A stretch of 64,000 nt of DNA from positions 24,416-88,415 of the IMG/VR virus record IMGVR_UViG_3300021255_002784; one strand, given 5' to 3'. Position numbers and translations under genes: made by a program. Shown here piece after piece: positions 56,921-64,000 of this stretch. The stretch comes from a virus (lineage: Duplodnaviria; Heunggongvirae; Uroviricota; Caudoviricetes). Each line of letters starts with the position of its first letter. The stretch's first letter is position 1. Under the pieces are notes generated by a model. That model ran no database searches, was not told the DNA's origin, and saw nothing but the letters and a program-made list of their open reading frames with translations.

Positions 56921-57253
56921 ATGAACATTACCACATTCAAAAAAGGAGAGTCAGTCATTGCATATCCAAGTGATTCACGCAAACGTGTGATGCACTTGAC
57001 AGTCAAATCAGTCACGGATAAGTACGTTTCCTGCGTGGACAACGGGTCAAGCAAAGTGCATCGGTTCAACAACGATGGGAAGTGGTTTCACTGGTCTGAA
57101 TGGATGTCCTATCGTCTCTACCACGATATGAATGAGGTCCATAAGGAATATGAGAATGAACAACTCTTATTTCAGTTCCGAGAGGATGCTGATAGGAATT
57201 TGTTCACTCCTGACGAGATCAGAAAGTTTTACGAAATCCATAATGCACAATGA
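56921..57253 (+). CDS. hypothetical protein (110 aa)
   Basis: ORF. Confidence 0.45.
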   Translation: MNITTFKKGESVIAYPSDSRKRVMHLTVKSVTDKYVSCVDNGSSKVHRFNNDGKWFHWSEWMSYRLYHDMNEVHKEYENEQLLFQFREDADRNLFTPDEIRKFYEIHNAQ

Positions 57254-57551
57254 AAAGGCTAGAATATCACTACCAAAACGTAGATGGGCGGACGTATATG
57301 AAACCCGCAAAGAATAGACGCATCAAAAAATCTCTTGCAGAGATGGACCGCACTGTTAAGAAAAGTAAGGCTGCAATCTAACAGATGTACGAATCGGCAG
57401 AAGAAATGGAACGAAGTGGTTCCTTTGGTAAGTTAGGGGCCTGGTTCGTTCGCGCGGTATACATTCCAATTATGGAATATTTAGTAAAGGTGTCTGAAAA
57501 GATGTACAGGGACTGTAAAAATCAGATCAAATCACAATATATTATTTCGAA

Positions 57552-58235
57552 ATGAGCAAACGGAAATTCAAAATCGGTGATAACATTCTCGTTACCAAAG
57601 GTATACATAAAGGCTTGAGAGGCACTATCTCAAACGTCTTCAAAGACGTTGATCGAGCTCGATATTTGATATCATTCAAGTCTTTCAAGGCCCATTTGTA
57701 CAGCTACCAGATGAAACTCGATGCTGTGGATGAATCTGAAGCAATCAAACGTGCTGTGGAATCCATAGGTAACCTTGAGGAACCTAAGATGAAACCGGGT
57801 ACACATGTGATGCTCTCCAAACAAGGTCTAGCAAAAATTTATATAAGCGGCCCGACCAACTCAGGTCACAGTTATGAATGGGTGCTCGATCACAATTTCC
57901 ATACGATAAATAGTGTGACCACGGTTGGTGGTGTAAACTTCTATACATTGATAGGGTTTGCCAATACCTATCTCTTCACTGAATCAGACTTGCTGTGTGC
58001 TAAATACGGGATGGGTGAGAAAGTTCGTTTCACTCGAGAAACATTAGTCAAACTTGGTGTCGAATTATCTCAGTACTACGGAAATGACACTATAAACAAA
58101 CTACCGCAGGATATAATAGGTCCACGTAAGATATTGGGTGTATGTCAAGAGAGCAACAAGGTATTGTATCAGTTGGATGGTAAATGCTTCGGCAAGTTTT
58201 TCTACGAACACGAAATAGAACCAGCAAATGATTAA
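57552..58235 (+). CDS. hypothetical protein with N-terminal KOW-like motif (227 aa)
   Basis: KFKIGDNILVTKGIHKGLRGTI resembles KOW (NusG/L24) motifs. Confidence 0.4.
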   Translation: MSKRKFKIGDNILVTKGIHKGLRGTISNVFKDVDRARYLISFKSFKAHLYSYQMKLDAVDESEAIKRAVESIGNLEEPKMKPGTHVMLSKQGLAKIYISGPTNSGHSYEWVLDHNFHTINSVTTVGGVNFYTLIGFANTYLFTESDLLCAKYGMGEKVRFTRETLVKLGVELSQYYGNDTINKLPQDIIGPRKILGVCQESNKVLYQLDGKCFGKFFYEHEIEPAND

Positions 58236-58273
58236 CAACAGACGTTATATGCAAATAAATCATAGCTATATAT

Positions 58274-58885
58274 ATGACAAGAGAAGAATGGTTAAGACAT
58301 GCTGTTGAAGAACTGAATATCACTATCTTCGGTGGTGATTTGGACCTACTCAATCACGACTTCCAGATTGCTTGTGGACGTGTTCGCGGTTCTAAGCCTA
58401 CAGAAACAATCCAACCCTACGAAGGTGAGGATGTACATTTGGATGACTTCTTCCCAACCACAATCAGTGTCAACTTCACTATCAAAGATCCTATCGAGAT
58501 GCTTACGACCCTGACTTATGAGTGCATCCATGCTTTTTTCAATGTGAAAGGAACAGGTAAGGCATTCAAGAAACTGGCCGACACGTACTATTTCGAGGCA
58601 CCTTACAAAGAGGTTCATCCGAGTGATCATCTCCAGGAGTTGATTCAGACCTCCTATGAACACCTGGTAAAGAACTACGGTAAGTTCCCTGGTGTCCCTG
58701 TTGTGTTTCCAAAAGAAGAATCTAAGCAAGGTAAGAAAAACGTACTAGTAGCTTTCTGTCCTGAATGTGGATACGAGCTCAAAATCTCTCGCAAAACTCT
58801 GGAGAAGTACAACAACGGATTGCCGACATGTCCATGTGGTACAAAGATGGCACTGGATCTGTCTGACGAAGAAGAAAACAACTAA
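58274..58885 (+). CDS. hypothetical protein with C-terminal zinc ribbon (203 aa)
   Basis: CPECGYELK...CPCGTKM. Confidence 0.45.
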   Translation: MTREEWLRHAVEELNITIFGGDLDLLNHDFQIACGRVRGSKPTETIQPYEGEDVHLDDFFPTTISVNFTIKDPIEMLTTLTYECIHAFFNVKGTGKAFKKLADTYYFEAPYKEVHPSDHLQELIQTSYEHLVKNYGKFPGVPVVFPKEESKQGKKNVLVAFCPECGYELKISRKTLEKYNNGLPTCPCGTKMALDLSDEEENN

Positions 58886-58911
58886 CAACTAACACTAACA
58901 TTTTTATTCTA

Positions 58912-60192
58912 ATGAAGAAATTTTTTATTGCGATTTTGATATCGCTCATGACTGTGTTCTCAGTGAACGCTGCAGACCGAGCACACACACTCAAAGTGTT
59001 GAACTGGGCCGACTACATTGACCCGCAGGTGCTGGAAGACTTCCCGGCTTGGTATCAAGAACAAACCGGCGAAACGGTAGAGGTCATCTATCAGACGTTC
59101 GATATCAACGAGACAGCGCTGACGTCTATTGAGATGGGTAAGGAAGATTACGACTTGTTCTGTCCTTCGGAGTACATCATCGATCAAATGATCAAGAAAA
59201 ATCTACTATTGCCTATTGATCGAGATTTCGGTAATACTTGGGACTATACACAATATATTGCACCGTTCGCTGCTGAGAAACTCCGTTTAATGAGTGATAC
59301 TGTGGATGTATTGCAGTACACTGTAGGATATATGTGGGGTACAGCTGGATTTCTTTATAACATAGACAAGGTACGTCCCGAGGAGGTTAGTAGCTGGTCT
59401 GCTATTCTTAATCCGCAATACAAAGACAAACTCCTAATGAAAGACGCATACCGCGATGTATATTCAGTACTGGTACAGTATGCCTATCGAGAGGATATTG
59501 CTAACGGAAACGTAAACCGACAGGAACTGGTCGAGAATCCTATACAAGAACGTATAGACACGGTCCTAAGTATTCTTCTTGCTGCTAAAGATAATATCGC
59601 AGGATGGGAGGTAGACTTCGGCAAGGAGGAAATGATCAAAGGTGAAATGCTAATTGATCTCATGTGGTCCGGTGATGCTCAATGGGCTATTGATGAGTCT
59701 CCTGATGCTCCGCTCGATTACATAGTGCCAAATGAAGGATCTATCGTATGGTTCGATGGGTGGGTTATTCCTAAGTACGCGAAGAACGTCCAGGCGGCAC
59801 GTTACTTTATTAACTATATGTGTATGCCGGAGAACGCTATTGCAAACATGGAAGAAGCAGGGTACGTATCTGTAATAGCATCACCAGAGATTGTTGAAGC
59901 AATGATTGACTCTACATACGACCCAGTAGATGTGCGTTATTTCTTTGGTTCTGAGTACTATGATGTTCCCCTGAATCCTATATTCTACCCAGATCAATCG
60001 GTTATTGATCGATGTGCACTTATGCATGACTGTGATAGTAAACAGATCGATTCTCTGTTGGCTATGTGGGGCAAAGCCAAACACACTAATCACGGATGGA
60101 CGATGTGGTTTTTTGGCGCAGCTATTTTAGTAGTACTAATAGGATGTCTCATCTCCATGATCTCACCCGGTTTCAAAAATAAACACTCTTGA
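58912..60192 (+). CDS. PotD/PotF-like periplasmic polyamine-binding protein homolog with signal peptide and C-terminal TM anchor
   Basis: signal peptide MKKFFIAILISLMTVFSVNA; LKVLNWADYIDP...F resembles the PotD N-terminal signature; C-terminal hydrophobic helix WTMWFFGAAILVVLIGCLISMI. Confidence 0.55.
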   Translation: MKKFFIAILISLMTVFSVNAADRAHTLKVLNWADYIDPQVLEDFPAWYQEQTGETVEVIYQTFDINETALTSIEMGKEDYDLFCPSEYIIDQMIKKNLLLPIDRDFGNTWDYTQYIAPFAAEKLRLMSDTVDVLQYTVGYMWGTAGFLYNIDKVRPEEVSSWSAILNPQYKDKLLMKDAYRDVYSVLVQYAYREDIANGNVNRQELVENPIQERIDTVLSILLAAKDNIAGWEVDFGKEEMIKGEMLIDLMWSGDAQWAIDESPDAPLDYIVPNEGSIVWFDGWVIPKYAKNVQAARYFINYMCMPENAIANMEEAGYVSVIASPEIVEAMIDSTYDPVDVRYFFGSEYYDVPLNPIFYPDQSVIDRCALMHDCDSKQIDSLLAMWGKAKHTNHGWTMWFFGAAILVVLIGCLISMISPGFKNKHS

Positions 60193-60442
60193 TATGGAAA
60201 CTCTTTCTGGACAATATATCACAGATACTATCCAAATGAAAGGCATCATGAGGATACTTAATAGCACAGGAACACCAGGACTGAAAGGTATATACATATC
60301 CGAAGATGGGAGACATGTCAGGTTTGATCTAAAAGATGAAGACGAATTCTAACAAGATAAAGGTGTCTCAAGTGGATATGGAGCACTTTCCTTACGAAAG
60401 TCTTAAGATAGATCCTTATTGGGACGATTTATATAACCCCAG

Positions 60443-60662
60443 AAATCACTAACGCAGTCGCGGAGACCGCGCAGCGGGACTCCGTTAACAAGGTCTTGAA
60501 AGTCCTTGGGATTTCATTAACAAAGTCTTGAAAGTCCTTGGGATTTCATTAACAAAGTCTTGAAAGTCCTTGGGATTTCATTAACAAAGTCTTGAAAGCC
60601 TTTGGAATTTCATCAACGAATGTCTTGAAAGAACCCCAGAATTTCATTAAAGATTTCTGGGG
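60443..60662 (+). repeat. five tandem 32-bp repeat units (AACAAAGTCTTGAAAGTCCTTGGGATTTCATT) ending in a terminator hairpin; preceded by a GC-rich hairpin sub-element
   Basis: units at 60487, 60519, 60551, 60583 and 60615 (the last two diverged); upstream CGCGG-AGA-CCGCG hairpin; terminal AACCCCAGAA...TTCTGGGGTT stem. Confidence 0.8.
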
Positions 60663-60701
60663 TTATTTATATTTTAATCATATTTCAAATAATTATATGA
60701 T

Positions 60702-61310
60702 ATGAACGGCAAGATATTCTATTTTATTCTTATTTTTATCTGGTTCTTTTTCATCACGACCTATATGGTTATGGGTCCACGGAACACAGAATCTCAAAAA
60801 CAACAAGTAGAAATCGCTCAAGACACGGTATCACTGGACTCACTCATATCAGAAGTTGATGCATACATTCAAACCATTGCACCTGGTTCAAATTTATCAG
60901 GTTGCGCCGTGGTAGATGCCTGTCTCAAACATAATATGGATATTGTGTTTGTATTGGCGCAAGGACAGAAAGAATCTCATTTTGGTACAGCCGGTGTAGC
61001 CCGAAAGACGAACTCGGTGTTCAATGTGATGTCTTATGACAATCGATCGGCTGACGAGATATTGACTCGAGGGCACGGTTACGCTCATCCGGATCAATCC
61101 GTAGAACCCTATATACATTTGATTCGTAATGACTATATGGTGGACGGTAAGACAGAGCAGGACCTGTTGACATGTTTCGTTAACAAGAACGGACATCGAT
61201 ACGCTAGCAATCCTCATTACGAAGAATCACTACAAAGATTATACAATAAGATAGATAGTACCACCAGGATATCTGAGTTGTACAGCAAATACTCTTATAA
61301 TTTTCACTAA
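60702..61310 (+). CDS. peptidoglycan hydrolase, N-acetylglucosaminidase (GH73/FlgJ-like) with N-terminal TM anchor
   Basis: VLAQGQKESHFGTAG...NSVFNV and RYASNPHYEESL resemble glucosaminidase-domain signatures; N-terminal TM. Confidence 0.55.
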   Translation: MNGKIFYFILIFIWFFFITTYMVMGPRNTESQKQQVEIAQDTVSLDSLISEVDAYIQTIAPGSNLSGCAVVDACLKHNMDIVFVLAQGQKESHFGTAGVARKTNSVFNVMSYDNRSADEILTRGHGYAHPDQSVEPYIHLIRNDYMVDGKTEQDLLTCFVNKNGHRYASNPHYEESLQRLYNKIDSTTRISELYSKYSYNFH

Positions 61311-61313
61311 AAT

Positions 61314-62030
61314 TTGAGATGTCTTTTTATATATTTATGCATGATGCACAATATGGAATTAACAAAGATGCAAACAGAAGACGGCATAAAAAGATTTGAG
61401 TTCAAGGACGGGTCTAAGGTATGGTTCACTTCCGATACTCACTTCTCACACGCAAATATCATTCGTTTTTGCAAACGCCCGTTCGCTAACGTAGAAGAGA
61501 TGAACGATCACATCATCAACGAATGGAATAATGTGATCGGACCGGATGACACTATTTTCCATTTAGGAGATTTTGCTTGGGGTGGCTCCACAGTATGGAA
61601 TGATGTCCTCTCTCGTTTGAACGGCCATAAGATTCTGATTATTGGCAACCACGACATCAAGAACTTACGCGATAATTATTCAAAGTATTTTGACGCTATC
61701 ACGTTCCAAATGCAGATCCTGGTAGAAGGACAAACGATTATCCTCAATCATTATCCATTCCTCGCGTTCGGTGGTGCTTATCGTGATCAACCGGTATGGC
61801 AGTTGTTTGGACACGTTCACTCTCAGAAACATCAGTACAACTTTCAGGATATTACCGATGAGGAGGTAAAAGAAATCCTTGGCAAAGACACGTATCGCCT
61901 CCGTTATCTACTCCCAACTCAGTACGACGTAGGTGTCGACAACAACGACTACAAGCCAGTCAACTTCTATCAGGTACGAGACATCATCAACAAACAAATA
62001 CAGAATGCGCATGACAATAAATGCAATTAA
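61314..62030 (+). CDS. calcineurin-like metallophosphoesterase
   Basis: FTSDTHFSH, HLGDFAWG and IIGNHD motifs. Confidence 0.6.
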   Translation: MRCLFIYLCMMHNMELTKMQTEDGIKRFEFKDGSKVWFTSDTHFSHANIIRFCKRPFANVEEMNDHIINEWNNVIGPDDTIFHLGDFAWGGSTVWNDVLSRLNGHKILIIGNHDIKNLRDNYSKYFDAITFQMQILVEGQTIILNHYPFLAFGGAYRDQPVWQLFGHVHSQKHQYNFQDITDEEVKEILGKDTYRLRYLLPTQYDVGVDNNDYKPVNFYQVRDIINKQIQNAHDNKCN

Positions 62031-62507
62031 AAACATCCTTGACTTCGCTGAAGGCGGAGCTATTCAAACATTAGTAGTAAGCGGCGAACGACTCTCATTC
62101 TTCAAAGAAAAAAGTCATGGTGCTCGAGAGTATTCACTGAACGAAGAAGATGGTATTCTACAGATCAGTGATCAGTGCGGTACATTATTCGCTAACGTAG
62201 AAAACATAAACGCCATTCAAATAACACTATAATATATGAAAATTTTTCATCTTCGTTACCTCAAGTCCATGAGATGGAGCCTTCCGTTATCCTGTAACAT
62301 CCAGTGCTTACTGCAGTTCTTCGGAATAGCCGTGCACAACCCGTTCCGGGATGAGTGCTGTATGGATTTCGAGTGCTGCAGTCCACGAGAAAATTCTACT
62401 TGCTGGTTGCATATCAGTGCTCACGATCTACCATTCAGACGAGTAGTATGGTACGAAGCCACAGCGCCGATAGGTGAGTCCAATCGTAAGTTCATCAAAA
62501 AAACCAA

Positions 62508-63467
62508 ATGGGTACAGAAATGCTGAGAGTACTATTCACAGATACACACTTTGGGGTACGCCAAAACTCCATCACCTGGTTGGAATCTCAAATGACTTTT
62601 CTGGACAACGAGCTTATTCCATGGTTGGAATCGCATCAGGACGAAGAGATTCGACTCATACATCTTGGTGATGTGTTTGATTCGCGTTCCAGTATATCCC
62701 CGATGGTAGCCAAGAGGGTTCGAGAAAAGTTCCTCGAGTTAAGATCCTTGGTAAAAGAGTTCTATATCGTAGCAGGTAACCACGACTTTTATTCACCAGA
62801 ACGCGATGATATTGACTCATTGAATCTGGTGTTCAAAGACTGCGATATCAGATTGGTTGTAAATGAATGTGTAATCGATGGAGAGGACATGTTTGTTCCG
62901 TGGTACGAGTTCAAGAAGCAGAAAGACGTACTAAAGTTGATATCGGATCATCCCGGGGTCAAAAATATATATACTCACGCAGACATTTTTGGAGAAGACA
63001 AATGTGAACTCGGAGTCAAGGTGTTTTCGGGACACATCCATATACCTCAAATAGATGTGAACCAGGGTCTGTACAATCTCGGATCTTGTTATGCATTGAA
63101 CTTCGCAGATCACAATCACTACAGATACTGGTACGTATATAATGGTGAATACCTCAATACGATGGTTAACGAATCCAGTATTATGTTCTGGCGCCTATAT
63201 AATGATGAGATTTTCGATGTTCCCGGCACTTCAAAAGACTACTACGAACTGTATGTAAATCAACTCAATATGCAGAATCCCAAATATGCTAATCGAATAT
63301 CAGAGTTGGCCAAGATATACAAGAACCTCTGGGTCATCCCGATTATCAAATCTAGCTTGGATGAGAGTGAAGAACTTGCATCGTACGACATTGACGAGAT
63401 TTGTCGAAGCATGATTCCGAAACATCTTAAAAAGAAATTTAAGATGGTGGAAGAAACTATAAAGTAA
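62508..63467 (+). CDS. SbcD/Mre11-family nuclease, T4 gp47-like
   Basis: motifs FTDTHFG, LGDVFD, VAGNHDF and SGHIH in the order and spacing of T4 gp47; 319 aa. Confidence 0.65.
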   Translation: MGTEMLRVLFTDTHFGVRQNSITWLESQMTFLDNELIPWLESHQDEEIRLIHLGDVFDSRSSISPMVAKRVREKFLELRSLVKEFYIVAGNHDFYSPERDDIDSLNLVFKDCDIRLVVNECVIDGEDMFVPWYEFKKQKDVLKLISDHPGVKNIYTHADIFGEDKCELGVKVFSGHIHIPQIDVNQGLYNLGSCYALNFADHNHYRYWYVYNGEYLNTMVNESSIMFWRLYNDEIFDVPGTSKDYYELYVNQLNMQNPKYANRISELAKIYKNLWVIPIIKSSLDESEELASYDIDEICRSMIPKHLKKKFKMVEETIK

Positions 63468-63505
63468 GGTTCGGATTCTTATATATTATATCAAACCAAA
63501 AATAT

Positions 63506-64000
63506 ATGTCAAGATTTATATTCACTGGAGCACAAGGAACGGGTAAGACAACTATCCTGAATCACTTTAAGGAATGCGGTATGAATGTGATTATCGAAGT
63601 GGTTCGCAACCTCTCCAAACAAGGGGTACAAATCAATGAACAAGGAACCCAACCAGGTCAAGAAACCATATTCAACGAGTACGTCAAGTTGTTGGGTCAA
63701 AAAGGCCCGTACATTTCCGATCGAGGTCTGACTGATGTGATCTCATATTCATGTTGCCTACAAGAGAATGGACGAGTGTCTATGGATTTCGTTCGCAATC
63801 AGATTAAAACGCTCAAACAATTCACCAAAGACAATCCGGATATAATCTATTTCTATTTCCCAATTGAGTTCCCGGTAGTCAATGATGGTGTACGTAGTAT
63901 GGACGAAGCGTTTCGTCTCAAGGTGGACGCATATATCTTGGATCTGTTGGAACGTGTAGGTCTCCCATACATCAAAGTGACTGGTACTGTCGAAGAGCGA
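63506..64000 (+). CDS. P-loop NTPase (partial; runs off the window end)
   Basis: Walker A GAQGTGKTT near the N-terminus. Confidence 0.45.
   Translation, partial: MSRFIFTGAQGTGKTTILNHFKECGMNVIIEVVRNLSKQGVQINEQGTQPGQETIFNEYVKLLGQKGPYISDRGLTDVISYSCCLQENGRVSMDFVRNQIKTLKQFTKDNPDIIYFYFPIEFPVVNDGVRSMDEAFRLKVDAYILDLLERVGLPYIKVTGTVEER

Noticed and set aside
60487-60650. Possible CRISPR array
   Set aside because: The repeats are contiguous with no unique spacers, the units diverge progressively, and the same unit occurs singly at many promoters; there are no cas genes. It is a tandem iteron-like array rather than CRISPR.

Overview
The window looks like part of a large, AT-rich double-stranded DNA phage genome of the T4 superfamily, but clearly of a divergent lineage. 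It contains a gp20-like portal protein, a gp47/SbcD-like nuclease, a Pnk-like polynucleotide kinase/phosphatase, a DNA ligase, anaerobic ribonucleotide reductase NrdD, flavin-dependent thymidylate synthase ThyX and an endolysin. Almost all genes are on the + strand, apart from one minus-strand block at 45.6-50.6 kb that includes a ~1000-aa tape-measure-like protein. About 60 genes have no recognisable function. Several things stand out. (1) nrdD appears fractured into two genes by a split intein, with a free-standing homing-endonuclease gene between the halves. (2) A ~10-kb array of about 26 canonical tRNA genes also holds several aberrant or truncated tRNA-like elements and an HNH homing-endonuclease gene flanked by a partial tRNA duplication. 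(3) A roughly 40-bp intergenic repeat cassette recurs at least 15 times: a hairpin with a conserved loop (TTTCATTAA / ATCACTAA), a T-run and a conserved TTCTTATATATATACATAA promoter-like box; it is once expanded into five tandem 32-bp units. (4) The accessory genes include an SPFH/flotillin-like protein, a PotD-like secreted binding protein, a vWA-metallopeptidase, an MT-A70 methyltransferase, a GNAT acetyltransferase and several metallophosphoesterases. All calls are from reading the sequence and the six-frame translations; no database searches were run. Two short ORFs at 51225-51374 (~49 aa) and 51374-51534 (~53 aa) were seen but not annotated.
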